A stretch of DNA of 64,000 nt from Vicugna vicugna (Eukaryota): contig MU058463.1 of assembly GCA_013265495.1 (NCBI GenBank), forward strand, positions 3,827,037 through 3,891,036, read 5' to 3'. Positions 24,571-39,611 of this stretch are shown piece after piece (positions within the stretch are counted from its first letter, which is position 1; the number at the start of each line of letters is the position of its first letter). The notes below the pieces were generated by a model. That model saw only the letters and a program-made list of their open reading frames with translations. It ran no database searches and was not told the origin of the DNA. A program made the position numbers and the translations under genes.

Positions 24571-27273
24571 TATATTATAGATTTTATCCTAAAGGCAGCA
24601 ATAATGAAATTATGCTCAAGAAATTGATGTATTTATAAAAAGTGATGCTATTCAAAAGCACACATACACACAGTGCTTTTTTAATCAGTTCTTTCAAATT
24701 ATTGCAAAATATGTAGCTTAAATTAATGTGCAAATAGTATTGCAGAAAGCATTCCTTTTTAAACATTATCTCACAGTCTGGTTGGGGGGACAGAAAAACC
24801 TCTTTAAAAAAGCAGACAATTTTCTGTCATTTCTTTAAGCTGAGAGTAAATTATTGCTACCACATTTTACAGTTCATGTCATGACATAGCTTCAATTAGG
24901 AAACCATTTATCCTGTCCAGTGAGACAGAATAAATGGCTCGCAGTGGCAGTCCATTTTGCCATTGCCAGGTCTCTAGTCCAATGGAAACAGAATTTTTTC
25001 ACAGATGGGTAGTTCCCAAGGGGCCAGGTCTCTGGAATCTTCCCTCAGAGTCTACATTTAAAAAAATTCTTATTTCAGCACAGAAGAAATGATTTTACAC
25101 TAAACCCAATTCTTACTCTCATCAAAGTATGGAAAAGAAACTTTAAAAAATTATTCAGTAACCCAGAGCTAGCATGAAAGATATTATCAGTGAGGGGTTG
25201 CTAAAGGCATAAGGTACTAACAAACCCCACCCCTTCTTCAGCCCCACTGAATGTTCACTCCACCGTTGCTGAAGCCACAAGTATCGAAAAAAGGGGGTCA
25301 TGGGAACAGGGTGGGGAAAAGACACCACAAGAACATATCTTCAACCCAGGAGGCAGGTCTTCCCAACTCCTCCATCCCTGCACCATTGTTTTGCATTGTA
25401 AACATCTTCACAAGGAGAGTAAATGGAAGTATATACAAACCGCTGAATTATTAATGTTCTTCACACTATGAAGCTAAGTGATGAAATGTTCCCTAAATTA
25501 GCCTGGCATGAAGATGTAGATTTTGTCATCAACTAGGCTATCTTTGTAGCTGCTGAAGAACGTTCAGGCAAAGGCCATATATAGTGAAATATAGTCTGAG
25601 AAAAGGTCTTTTGCTATCTTGTTCTTAAAGAATGTAACATCAACTGAAATCAATGAATATCCTCCTCACCCCGATATAATGACATAGAGTAAGTGCTCCC
25701 AAGGGAGTATAGCATCTGTCTGCACACCTGAGCATCTGCTCTTTCAAATTGATAGAAATAATTAAGCCAAGAATAATCTGCATCTTGAGTATATAATTAC
25801 TCTTCATCTTATCCAAGGATAAAAAACTAAGATCATGCCATTTTTATTAAACCTGCTTTCTTGTCTTTAAAAGATCGTATTGGCTAACTTGTTCTGTGCC
25901 CATGTCTATGTGTAATTGTCTTCATTCCTCCACTCTAGGGCCAGGACTATGCTTTATTCATTTTTATATCCCTTACAGGATATTGCCTTGCACACAGTAG
26001 GTGTTCAGTGGACACAGTAGGTGAATTACATGAAACATTAAATATTTTCTAGAATAGTCTGATCTAGGTGGGCACCTGGTCCAATCTGACTCACATAAAA
26101 AAGTCAGAACTCATTTGAAAATGTAATATTCACTGTAAAGTTTAAAGATATAACTACCAGATACTTAAAAATCATACAAAAAAACATAGAGTTTGTAGAT
26201 ATAAATTGTGAACTGGTTAATCTCAGATACTTTCACATTAATAACAACTCTTGTGTTATAAATCAAAAGAAGGAAATGCACATCTAACGCCTTAAACATA
26301 GACTTTGCTTGTTCCTCTACACATTAAGAATTTAATAGTTACCACACAAGATATAACTATATTTTTATATGCCTCTCAGAATTAAGCAGGAAGCAACACT
26401 TAAAACACTTCAAAGAAAGGTGACAAACTCCAGATCAATTAATCTGATATGGATATTCAGGTGGCCCTCTTTAGAACCACAACCATATCAGTTTTGTGGT
26501 TCTGAGCAGGTCTTTTGCCCTTCACAGGGTTCTGGCAAGGTTTGACAAGGCTTAGGGAGAATATAGGGTCCCAGACAAGAGGCTGAGGTTAAAAGCTTAA
26601 CATCCATTGTGAAGGTGACAATGGAGTACAGAAAAGGAAGTCTGGCAAGAATTGTGTCCTAAAGTTGGAAAACACATTGAAGGAGTTGGGTTGGGGGGAT
26701 AACTGTTGAAGGGGTGCTTATAGGGATATGCTACTCAATTTTATTCACTTCAGATTCCATCATCAGGTATGTGTGCTCCCAGTGATACACTGTTGCCTTG
26801 GACAGGATGCATTCAAAATCTGGGCAAGAGAGGGGCCTGGTATAAGGGGGCTCCTTTGTATCTGCAGCTGAATGGGACTGAGTGAGGCAGAAAGGGACCA
26901 GTGTTCTCTCCTGACTAACGCACTCATAACCAGTGACCCTTTCCTCAGCATTATTTACTGTTGTGTGAACTAGTTTAAACACAGTTACTCTGCCTTTAAA
27001 ATATTTATTTTGAATGATAGTCAACAACACCATCATCTTTTAAAGATGGTAGAAGTTGATGAGTATTAACAAGGAGAATATGCAGAAATAGAAAAATGTT
27101 TTAAAAACATTTGTAAAACTGGTTTCATGCTTTTTAATACTACCACACTACAATGTGCATCAGATTCATAAACAAGTATATGAAATGGATATCAGTATAA
27201 TACTTCTCCTTTGTGCCTAGTCTATGAAACTAACTTTCTGTGAGCTAATTTATCTATCTATATATATATTTAT

Positions 27274-27320
27274 ACACACACACACATACACACACACATA
27301 CACACACACACACACACACA
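27274..27320. repeat. Interrupted (CA)n microsatellite preceded by a TA/TATC run
   Basis: Directly visible. Confidence 0.95.
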
Positions 27321-30300
27321 CCAGTTTTTACATTTCATCCAATAAATTACCTGAGATAGGATAAAAAAGAGTCCATTTTATACTAAGGTTCCCTCCATCA
27401 ATGATTGTAACTGAGTGCCATGAACTGGGATCCAGAACAAAGACCTTGGAACTGGGAATCAAAAATTAAAATCATGGTAAAACATCCTAGCTTAAGGCCA
27501 ATGACTTGAATCAGGATATCCAGCAAGGTGAAGAGAGCAGTAAACAGGATGTGGAGAGGCAAAACAGCCAGGAGTAAATAGCCAGAAGAGGCAAAACTAG
27601 ATTCAGAGCCTAAAATGGAGTAGAAGCCCAAAGAAGGAGCTCACATTAGAACACCAGGAAAACATAATAAAGTCAGTGTTAGATTAAGAAGGTCTTTGGG
27701 CTCTCATTCCTACTGAAAATTCTAAGGCTCTCAGTTCACAGATGAGAGATGGCTCAGAGGAACATGTAGGACAACAGATTATTCTCCTGAAAGAAAAATT
27801 AGAGAATAAAACACAAAAAGAAAAACCTATATATTTCAAATCATTTATAACCCTACCACCCAGAGATAGGCACTATTAACTTTCTGTTGTTAATCTTTCC
27901 TTACTAGAATTACTTTATGCTGCCTATATGCCTAGGTCATTCTAAATAAAATTACCCTATCCACACCCTCTACTATATGAAACTTACCACACCAGCCCAT
28001 CACCCCAGCTGCCGGTAAACATCTCCTTAAAGGCACTAATCAACAGATTGTCCAGAAACAAATATAGACCAACAAAAGAAGTCAAGCAACAGACTCTGTC
28101 TTGCAAATTTAAACTAGAAACAGTTACCAGGAAGATCTGAAACCAAAAGGGCATGAATTGGAGAAACCATACTACGCTATGGGCAAGTTAAGTTTATAAG
28201 GAGCAGATATTATGAGATGTCAGTTGAAAGCAGAACAGAAAGAAGCTGGGAGGCACAGTATGGCTGAGTCATGGCCAAGGGGAGTACTGGAGGGCAGGCT
28301 CTGAACTCTGATCCACCAGACTCTCCTTAAATTCAGAACTACCTCCAGCTCCAGACTCCATGAAGTCCGTTATACAACAGCTTGAACCTCTGGATTCCCC
28401 AGTTTCCTTTAAAATTTCTTATGTAGCCCACCAATGAGATTTCTTTACTTAAATGTTTTAAGAACTAAACTAAAGACTTTCCCAGATTTCTTCCATAGGT
28501 GTATATTTTTTTCAAAACATAGTACATATGCTGCTTAGAAGTCTGGTTTTGACACAATGATACACCATAGACATTAAGTGCTGATGTGCACCTTCATTAC
28601 AAATAGTTTCATGACATGTTGTTGTATCAGAATCTGTTTAACCTATACTCTATACTGGATATTGGATATTGTTTCCAGTTTTACCTCAATATAAATTATT
28701 CTTCAGTTGACATTCTTGGTATAATATTATATTTCCCAGTTATGTCCTAAGGATAAGAATACATATTTCACACAATATAATTTACTTAATAGGGTCATCA
28801 AAATTTTAATTTTGGAAGTTCTATGCTGTCAGATACTGATTAAAATAAGCAAGTAGGCGTTTGGAAACAATGTCATTGAAATCTAATTCTATAAACACCA
28901 TTCTAACACAAGGCTTTTTAAGGTGGAGATCCAGGAATAGTTTCCAGAGGAGCCATAGTTCCCTAAAATTATATGCAGACATTTGTTTTCAAGTATATAT
29001 TTACATCTTTTCTTAAGCAGGCTTATAGCTTTAAGCAAATTATTAAAGAGTCCATAATCCAAGAGAAGTTAAAATATCACAGAGATAGACTGAACGAACT
29101 TCATGAATATACTGAATAATGATTATATGAACCTAAATTAAATTAACATAATGCATTTAACATACTTAGCACTATATCTGACACATAATAACTTGAAATA
29201 AATATTGATTAATATAATTAGTAATTGTGCACACCAGATATTCAAATGTCTTCTACAATTTTTTAATTGCTATCCCCAGATGACAATTAATCACTAAAAA
29301 TATACCCACTGAAATGGTGGATATGAAATGGACACAAAATAAATTCACTGATTTCTATACACTTAAAAATTAAAAACTCACCGATCTATGCCCAGACTCA
29401 TATTAAACTGCAGTATTTTTGCTACTTGTGGAAAGAGATCACTTTATTTTCTGCTTGATAAGGTAAGGTAATCTGTTTTAAGTTTATCAAATAAAATGGT
29501 CAGAGTATTATTTCTCTTGAAAAACTCACTGCAACTATACTTAACCTAAGTCTTTATTAGTTTGATTATTATCTTTTCCTCTTTCTTGAAATAGAAGATA
29601 TTCCATGGGGATAAAATGATTCCTTATAAACACTTTGATATTTTTTGTATAGGCTGAGTTTCAATCAGCTGAAAAAAGTTCATCAGTGCATTTATATGGC
29701 TCTACACAACATTCTTGATATGGACAGTGACTTTTCCTGAAACTGAGCTATATATAGTTCCTGTTAGGTGAACATACTATTGAATTACTTTCATTTGAAA
29801 TGTTCTTGCAAAAGATCTTAGTAATGTGTGGCTCACAGTTTCATTCTGGTTTATCACTATAACCAAAAATGTACAACCAATTCATACAGAAATTTGATAT
29901 TTTTTCCTCTCTCAGAGCCCTTAGGGCAATCTTACTTTGTCAAGTTTCCGTACTAAAAAATGCCATGCAAATGTTTGATAATTAATGACTATATCCTGAT
30001 CATGAGAACAAAGGTGCACATAATAATCTTCCCCATCCATAAAATGGAATGGATGCCTACTTCACATATTTAATGAGTAAATGAAATACATATGTGAAAT
30101 AATTTAGTTAGCCTAGTATGTGGCACATAAGTGTTCAGTAAGTGTTCTTTGTATCTGAGTCTGTTCTAGCCATCTGTAGGAAACTGAGCACTGCTTCCAA
30201 TACAGTTTAAAGCCTATGATATCTCCCGTGAATTTGTGACAGACTTTACAGAGATAGTTCTGTTTATATAATCTTCAGAAAAAGATTGTTAAAAATTATC

Positions 30301-30616
30301 AAATTCCAAGAAAAAGTGTAATGGGTTTCCTACTCACACTCACCCCATAGTACTGAAAACGACTGACCGAAAGAGAACCCCCAAAGTTATCTAATATGTG
30401 CTATTTCTAACATAATCTGTTTGGATACAGTAGATCAGATTTATTTATGTTAACCAGATGGTGTGGAAAAATAAACAGACTAGTGCAAATACCATTTTAG
30501 CTTTAAATAAAAGGAGGAAAGGATTTTTAAATAAGCTAGTAGAACAAACACAGAAGAGACTTGGTTTTGAAGACTGTCCAGTGGAACTCCATTAATTAGA
30601 CAGGGAGGAGTACTGG

Positions 30617-31028
30617 CAGTGGGGTGCTGGAGCTGGCTCAGACTGGCCTGCAAAAGCCAACTGTTCAGTTTCAGGAATGTTACAAGCCAGTTGTGAAAAA
30701 TGGCTATGATTAAAATTTAATAACATAAACTTATAATTAAATACATTATATCAAATTGAAAGGTAGCAAACACTCAAATTATTTTACTAAATTTTAGTAT
30801 TATCCAGTCTTTCGAAATTATTTGTTATCATACATGTATGGTAGAAATACTATACAAATGTGTGATACTACACATCTCTTCCTCACTCCATGCTCAGTGG
30901 TGTCCTCTTGGCACTTAAAATCATCCATGATGTGAATATTTGCACCATGGAAATAGGCAAAGGCTACAAATTTAGGCTTTTTTTCTTTTCAGGGAAGCAG
31001 TCATTACATATTTGTTAGCACACCAGTG
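30617..31028. mobile_element. hAT-Blackjack MITE (MER63-like), 412 bp
   Basis: Termini cagtggggtgctgg / ttagcacaccagtg; 8-bp hAT-type TSD AGTACTGG (30609-30616) / AGTATTGG (31029-31036). Confidence 0.88.
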
Positions 31029-32042
31029 AGTATTGGTCTCAGTTTTGCCCCTAGAAAGACATAAATTCTGAATAATTCCTGGCTTTGGGAAAGAGCTAGG
31101 TCTTTTATAACCTTGTTGTAAGATTATTTTCTATGAGTCTCATATGATTTCACACCTCTTGTGAAACAGGCACTGGCTGTTATTTATTCTGAACAATCTT
31201 CTCAGGGATTTTTATATAGAAAACAGCCTTGAAAGTTACAGGCACGCTTGTTGCCCATTATTTAAAAAAAAAAAAATTCAGGTGCCCTAAGCTTAGGAGT
31301 CCTCTCCTGTAATTCAAGCCACTTCTACAAAGGGCTCCAACTGGACCTATCTGTGTCACTTCTGTGGAGCTTGGAGCAGAGGGAACAAATACAAACATGT
31401 GTTCTGATGCTCACATAGCTTGCTGTGATGTATTTTTGTTACTCTCAGCCCAGGACTTTCATGTCTTCCACCAGCCTCTGTGAAACTGTGGTAGGCTCAC
31501 TTTGTTTGCAAAAAGGGTAAAATCTTGGGCCCTTCATAGTTCTTGATAACCATTTCTGAAAGAATAACCAAAAAGTTTAAGATAGCCTACAGTAAGGCTA
31601 AAAAGAGCTTAAAAGTTTATTTTCTTTATATTTCATTTTTCCTAGATGCAGTTACAAGGATTTTAGTTGCTAAATACTCTCCTAGATCTGATCTACTTGC
31701 CAGAATCTTCATATATTGTTTCAATTCCAGACTAGGTCCCTTCTGTTTCTCTCCTATGACTCAAGCAAAAAAAAAAGTATATTTTCAAGAGAATGACAGG
31801 GAAATGGTAAAAGGAAAAATAACAGCTTAGAAAGGAAAAGAGATATCTTTCTTTTTCAACAGTGAAAATTAAGTTTAAGATGCCAGCAAAAATTTTAAAA
31901 ATCCAGAGACTGTTAGAAAAAATAAGGAAATTTTTAAAAAACTGTTTGAAGGAAATGGCAGTTAATATCAAAATAATAAAGTCACTGAGGGAAACTAGAG
32001 CCTGAAAGTTTTAAGAAGGTATGACTATAAAACACTTATTAC

Positions 32043-32073
<31 letters not shown>
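32043..32073. repeat. (TAT)10 trinucleotide microsatellite
   Basis: Directly visible. Confidence 0.95.
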
Positions 32074-32684
32074 TTGACATAATACTATAACCATTTTAGA
32101 AATATTCTTGTCCTCAAAGAACACAAAATCTTATTTTGTAGGGTATTGTGGTATCTGGAGGGAGTGCCCTCTTAGCCAACCTGAGGATCTATGAAGTCGG
32201 CTTTCTCTCTAGTTATTCTGACAAGCTCTGGGCACTAGAGGCCACTGTGAGAGTCACCAGAATGAAGACTTGTGAAAGTCAAGTTATGTATCACTCAAGC
32301 AATGCCTGCTCCACGTGGCACATGCTTGGAGCATCGCCAGCACTGTTTATGACAATTAAATTGCACCTGTTCACAAAGAAATGGGTAATCGCATTTACAG
32401 GCTACCACCTTAATAGTACATTCTAATACAAAATCTCTTTAGTTTACCATTTTCAAGTCAGTGGCTATGTCTTATTTCTCAAAATCAAGTGACAAGGACA
32501 CAGCAATAGAAAAATAATCCAACAGAACTTAAAGTAGACAATATTTTTCTAAATCACATCCTCTGCACTCTACCATTTACAGACCTGAGTTTTAGAATTA
32601 ATTAGCACTTAGAAATCACAGCAAAGTTTTCATCATTTAAAAATAGTTAAGAATAGCAGGTGCTAAAATAAATGGGTATTAATA

Positions 32685-33665
32685 GACAAAAAATTAAACT
32701 TCAATCCATATCTCAAACCACATATATAAATTAAGTTAAAATGCACCAAAGATCTAAGTGTAAAATCTAAAGCTATACTTCTAGGCAAAAACATAGGAGA
32801 AACTATTTGTGACCTTGGGTTAGGCAAAGATTTCTTAGCTATGCCACTAAAAACACAATCAACAACAACAAAAAAAATGATAAATTGTTTTTGTCAAATT
32901 TTAAAACTTCTGCTCTTAAAAAGACACCACTAAGACAAAAAATGCAACATAATTGGGGGAAATATAAGGAATGTATTTTTAAAACTACTCAAAATTCAAA
33001 AGTAAAAAAGCAAATTAATTAATATTGGAACAGGCACTTCACCAAAGAAGATATATGGGTGGCAAATAAGCATATAAAAAATGCTCAGCATCTCTAGTCA
33101 TTAGGGAAATGTAAATTAAAACTACAGTGAGATACTACTACACAACAATCAGAATTAAAAGTCAAAAAAGACTGACCATACCAAATGTTGGCAAGGAACC
33201 CAGAATGCTCATCCACTTCAAGTGGAAATGCAAAATGACTTGGAAAATAGCATGGCAGTAAATCCATATAATGGAATATATGGAATATTACTCAGTATAA
33301 AAATGAATGAACTATTGATACAACATAGATGAATTCAAAATAATTATGCTGAGTGAAAGAAGATGGACAAAAAAGAGTACATACTACACAATTCCTTTCA
33401 TATTAAATTCCAAAACATCCAAACTAATCTATAGTGACAGAAAACAGATCAGTGGTTTGGTGAGGGATGGGATGGGGAAGAAGGGAAGAGAGGGGGGATT
33501 ACAAAAGGGCACAGGGAAACTTTTGGGTGTGATGGGTGTGTCCACTGTCATGATCGTAGTGACATTTTCCAAGGTGTATGAATAAGCTAAAACATCACAT
33601 TTTACACTTGAAATATATGCAAGATATTGTATGACAATTATACCTCAATAATGCTCGTAAAAACA
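32685..33665 (+). mobile_element. Old LINE-1 (L1M) ORF2 end and 3'UTR, internally deleted
   Basis: aaaacataggagaaactatttgtgaccttgggttaggcaaagatttc; caggcacttcaccaaagaagatat; aaactaatctatagtgacagaaaacagatcagtggtt; caattatacctcaataa. Confidence 0.88.
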
Positions 33666-36600
33666 AAACAAAAATGCTTTCCCTGGACTACTGAATGGGA
33701 AATATCACTTGAAGTTTCAAACTTGGCACCAACATTAAGAATTACCAACGTTCATATCAACTTCCTACCTTCTAAACGGTCTACAAAGTCTGAAATAAAT
33801 GGAATGTTTGGAATTACAATGCTTTAAGTCACTAATAGTCTTACTTTGTGCCACAGTGAAACAGTAAATCATTAAATTACTACTCTTTTTGAAGCAATAA
33901 GCGTTCAATTACTATCCTTTAACATGAAAGCCTTGAATTGATTTGAGAAGGACTGTGTGTAGGAATCCTGCAGTAGGAGTCAACTCTTCCTGAAGTTTTA
34001 GCTTAAGTGCAGAGAACACTGCACATTTCAGTGGGCTGTGCTAGTAACCCCAACCTCTGGAGGTGTTAACCTTTGTTAAGTACCTCGCATTCTAGCCATT
34101 CAATGGGTAAAGAAATCCACTGACTTTACAGTAGGATGATAACACTTTAACAAATCTATTTTATGGGCTATTCACTGTACTATGTGCCAGGCCTGCTATG
34201 TATACCAGGCATATAAGAACAATGAGTAAGATCTCTAGCTTAAAGGATTCATAGTTTGTATTATCTTGATATCAATAAGCATTATTATTGTGTCCTGAGT
34301 GTAATTAGCAGACATAGTATTGCTAAAGAATAAGATACAACTCTATATAATTGCAGAAATGACTGCATTGAATTTATAGGGAATATGGCTTTATGCCCAT
34401 GGAAAAATAAAGCATACGACATTATGGTTTTGATTTGTGAACACCTGGTGAATCAGACACTCTGACACAAAAGAGATCAAGCACAGTGCATGTCTGGGTA
34501 CAAAGAAAGAGGAAAAATATAACACTGTGTAGCAAATTATCTGTTCACTAGGCCTAAATTATCTTTAATTTGAATTTATTCTTGTCAAATACGAAGGTGG
34601 CTGTTTCTATATAGACTTTCTTTTGACATCTGCAGGATGTTTCCAGGTTGATTCATTACCTTGGTGATAGGCCTCAAATTCTATTTCCAGCCTTTTTTTT
34701 TTTTTGGCAAATTTCAGAATCAAGATTAAGTGCCTGTGTGATCATTTCTCAAATGAGAAAATATTTTGCATCATTCACGTAGATGTGTCCTAGATTATGG
34801 TCAACAAGTTTAAATAAACAAATGCAGCCAAGGGGTGTAGGGCAAGTGTAATTAGGTAGGCACTTCCCTATCATTAGTTTGTAACTTTTCACAGTAACCC
34901 TCACTCTTATTAACAAGCCATTATTTCTTATGCACTTAATTCTGCTTCTGAAACTTGGTTTAATGCTAAATGCTCTGCTTGTATCTACACAACACGTGGC
35001 AAAATGAAGACCTAGAGAAGTTAAGATGGATACAGTAAATTTGAATGATTCACATGTATATTGCCATTGAAAGCAAAATCACCATTCAGTTCTCAATTTG
35101 TCTCTTTCACTAAAAGGAAAAATATTTGATTCAGCTAATACGAACTGGACATAATTATGTGTTATTATGTACTGTACCTCTGCTTAACATGCCCAAGCTT
35201 AATTAAAAGGGCTTAGGTGAAAGTCTTGAGGAGTCTCAGCTCATCCTATAAATTCAAATTTTCCACCGAATAATATTAAAAGAAAGCACAATAGAAAATG
35301 GTATTCTGAGTTTAGCATACAAAATAACCTATTATTTTGAGACTATTAGTTGGACTAGCCTAGATCATCATACTCTTAAAAAGTTCTTAAAGAATTTGTT
35401 ACCACCTCTCTCATTCCCCTTAGGCAACATCAATCACAGCAAGCACAGTGATGCTGTGAAAACCTCTTTCTAACATCAGGAACCAAAGTTAAATCAATAC
35501 AGACTGATTCAGCTTACTGGAGTATATTCTTAATATAAACAGATATCAACTTGACTTCAGTTTTCTTACTGTTCTCAACTTGCTAATGCACTGAATGCAC
35601 AGTATACTATTTTCAACTGGCTAATAAACCGAATGAATGGTGCTGCTGAATTTTTGTAATATCATGATAATATAATTAGGCAAATTTTATGTTATTGAAG
35701 TGAGTGAATAACAGAATATGAGCCTCCTTTGGGAATTTCTAGAATGCACACTCTAACATCAACAGGAGACATGAAAATGTGATCTCTCTCTAGATATTCC
35801 TTCACTAAGAATACAGCAATGCTAGTGTTTAATCTATTTCCAGAATAAAGACAAAATGTTCCAAACAGGAACTGATCAGTGTAGGGTTGCATAGAGAATT
35901 AAAAACAATACGTTTATTTCTCCTCCAGTGTTCTCTGCCCTCTTAATTACATATTTCAATTGTATTAACATTACTTCCCTTAGGAATTTTCCATTAACTG
36001 ATCAATCTGTCCATTAGGATATTTTCCCTGTTATAATATTGAGTTCCTGCTCTCATTTGCTATTTTCCCCCATTAGTGCTAATTAGGTCTCCTTGGATCA
36101 GGGAGAATAATACTGTTCCATCTTGGCATTCTCTCTCAAATGCTGTACACAATGATGCACAGCTTTATTTATTACGCATTTAATACTTCTAAATTGTCCT
36201 GAAAAATTCCATCAGAGACTGTAATTATGACTTGCCCTTCTTTGCAACTTCTTAAACTTTCTAATCTTTTCAAAGTTCAGGTGTTTAAAATTCACTAGAA
36301 TATATTTAAAGATGATGTCGGCATTCACACCAATGACTTCTGGTTATATCTGGATTAAGAGAGAAAGAGAAAGAGAGAAGAAAAAAGGTCTGACTTACCA
36401 AAGAGCATTACATGCAGAATTTAACACAAACTACATTTATGGCCACTTTAACTATATGAGTGATTAATTCCATTTCTAATTTAAAGTAAAACTAAGTAGA
36501 ACTTTAAAATTAGTACAGTTCCTTTGCTTAATGAACTTAAAAATTTGATGACTTTGTCTTTTTTCTTTTTGTATTTCTTCTCTCCTCTATTGTTAGTCTC

Positions 36601-36824
36601 TCAAAATCTCTTGCACTCAAACCATCTTAGACATTCAATAAATACTAGTTAACTGATAAGTATAGTATTGATGGACAATGGCAGGAAGAAATACAAATAG
36701 GATTAAAATGCCTTACTTCCACAGGATTTAACATGTGACATGGGTTTCCATCTAATTTAAGTAGCTATGAGAATCCCTATTTAAATTCTTTTCATAATTA
36801 CTAAACAACAATAAGTCAGTGGCA

Positions 36825-37272
36825 TGAAAAAAATAAATAAGGGACACTGCTCCAAGTTAAAGGAGTCAAAAACAATATGATAATTAAATATTATGTGAGA
36901 ACCTAATTTAGATCCAGTTTTACATAAGCCAACTGTAAAGACATTGTTGAGACAATTGGGGCAATTTGATTATGACCTGGGTGTTACATAATGCTAAGGG
37001 ATTATGTCCATTTGTGAGGTATGATAATGGCACAGTGGTTGTGCAATAAAATTTCTATAATTCTTATTGACGCATAGGAGTGAGGAGTGAAATGGTATGC
37101 TGTCTGAGATTTGCTGTAAGGCATTTTAGCAAAGAATAAGTGAGGTGGGGAGTATATACAGGAAATACGGTAAAACCCTGATAACTGTTGGCTGTACTAG
37201 ATGATACAGGTATGGAGATTCATTATTCTATCTTCTACTTTTTTATATGTTTGAATCTTTAAAAATAAAAGT
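36825..37272 (+). mobile_element. Ancient LINE-1 3'UTR (L1MC/L1ME-like)
   Basis: taaagacattgttgagacaattggggcaatttga; gtatggagattcattattctatcttctacttttttatatgtttgaa..aataaaa. Confidence 0.7.
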
Positions 37273-37754
37273 ATTTTAAATACTACAAAAGTAATACATA
37301 ATCAATACATGGAAGTACAGATAATATAAGACATATGTAAGCTAAAATGCAAAACTCCTCCCTCACCACCACCCATAAATGTTACTCACAGAGGAAAACT
37401 CTAATAACAATATGGTATGAATATCAGTATGGGCATTTTCACCTACATATATACCTATACATATATATATATATTTTTTTAATCAAAATGCTTTTTAATC
37501 TTTGTTAAAACTATGTCTTGGACACTTTTCCATGTCAGAAATTTTAGATCTACCTTATTCTTACTAACTGATGAAGAGAATTCCATTGCTTGGCTATTTT
37601 GCATGAATGACTTTATGTTTACAATCCCATGTGGATGAAATTTTGTTTGTTCCAAGTTTTTAACTATTATAAGCTATATTACAAGAACCTTTTGTACATG
37701 TTTTTTGTACATTTGTGTGAGCATGTCAATAAAATAAAGTTTTGGATGTGGGAT

Positions 37755-37965
37755 TAAGAAGCAGTCTAAATTAGTGGGCAAGGGTGAGCACCATTGTCAG
37801 GCTCCCTGGGTCCTAATCTCAGTGCTGTCAGTGAAAATCTGAGTGATCTTGCGCATACTTACTCTCTGAATGTCAGTTTTTCTTCTGAAAATAAGATTAA
37901 TAATAATTATATCCACTTCATAACATTATTGTGAGAATAAATACACATATAAAGTGTTTAGAACA
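37755..37965 (+). mobile_element. MIR SINE (5' part; interrupted by the adjacent LTR, resumes at ~38865-38912)
   Basis: ctgggtcctaatctcag...tctctgaatgtcagtttt..ctgaaaataag...attgtgagaataaat..taaagtgtttagaacag; tail ctcaataaatgtcagctat after the LTR. Confidence 0.7.
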
Positions 37966-37967
37966 GC

Positions 37968-38835
37968 TGTGAAATAGTAAGAAATATATATATATTGGTC
38001 TTTGTCCCCAGTTCTTGCCATTTATAAGCTTATATTTGATGTTTGACCCCAATTCCTGACATACAGCTCCCATAGTCCTTATAATTTCCTGAGTGATAGG
38101 AGTGCCTGACACAGAGCTCCTAAATCCTCCGGAATTTCATGGATAATCGAAGCATCTTTTGTTCTCATGTGATGGCTCTTGGTGGGCTCCTGGATGGGAC
38201 CAAGACATGATGAGAAGTTTGGAACTTTCAGTCCCACCCTCCATTCTCTGGAGAGGGGAGAGGAGCTGAAAACTGAGTTTATAATCAATCATGCCTACGT
38301 GATGAAGCCTCCATAAAAATCCCTAAAGTACAGGGTTTGAAGAACTTCCAGGTTGGTGAACACATCGTGTGTGGGGAGGGTGGCACATCCCAACTTCATG
38401 AGGACAGAAGCTCCTGTACTTGGAAGAGACCTTTCCAGACCTCAACATAGTTATCTCTTCATCTGAGAGTTTATCTGTATCCATCCATTACAAACTGGTA
38501 AATGTAAAAAGTGTTTCCCTGAGTTCTGTGAAAAATTACCAAATCCAAGAAGCAGGTCATGGGAACCTCCAATGGATAGCTAGTTGGTGGGAAGCAGAGG
38601 TGAGAACCTGAGACTTGCTATTGGTGTCTGAAGTAGGGGCACTCTTGTGGGACTTAGCCTTTACCTTATGGGATAGATGCTAACTTCAGGTTGATTGTGT
38701 CAGAACTGAATTGAACTTCAGGACACCTAGCTGGCCAAAGAGAATTGGTTGGTGTGGGAAAAAAATCCACACCCTTGTCACAGAAGCATTCTGAGTGTAG
38801 GAGTAGGAAAAAAACAGTTTTCCTTTAGTTGGTGT
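37968..38835 (+). mobile_element. ERVL-type LTR (MER21-like)
   Basis: cctgacacagagctcctaaatcc; ggagaggggagaggagctg; aatcaatcatgcctacgtgatgaagcctccataaaa; ttccaggttggtgaacacatc; gtgtcagaactgaattgaa are MER21 hallmarks. Right boundary approximate. Confidence 0.88.
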
Positions 38836-39611
38836 TGAGAATTTCTTCCTTCCTATAAAATAGTTCATGACACACACAGGAAGTTCTCAATAAATGTCAG
38901 CTATCATTATTGTTAATGTAGACTGGGTTGATTTACATTCTCACTAATAACAAGAGAATCATTTTTTTAATCTGATGGAGTAAAATCTTCTTTGTTTCAA
39001 TTTCCTTTTTCCTAATATTTATTGAGGTTGAACATTTGTTTATAGATTTCCTGGCCACATTTATATTATTTCTGTGAAATATTAACTACTGTTTTTTACC
39101 CATTTTCCCACTGAGATAAAACTTAGTGATAACACATTCCAGAGAGATGAACAATCACCTATAAGTTCTGATCAGACCTGAATTTTCAGGTAAGACGATC
39201 TGCATACTTTAGCTTCAACCTGATTTAAAGGAATCCAGAGGACATCCACCCCCCAACTATGTATCAGTCCAACAGTCTCACCAGGAAGGCTGTATCAAAT
39301 CCTATTTTAAAAAATCAGCTATTTGAAGGCACTTAAGAGCAACACTTAAAGGGGCAAGGTCACAGAGAGCAGTGAGCTTAACATTCTCTTTCACTTTGCC
39401 TCTTGAGAAATTTGCCAAAACTTAAGCACCACAGGGCTTAGTGGACACACAGAGCATTTAACTTTCAAGCTCAGAGTGTTCAGCATGTTCATGGGGATGA
39501 AAAGATAAAAACTGATGCTTAAGAACCATCAAGGTAAACATCTTGGCTTTGTATTTGATCTCAGAAAGGCTATGTCCCAGGATTGAAGGCAAATCAAAAT
39601 ATATCAGAACT

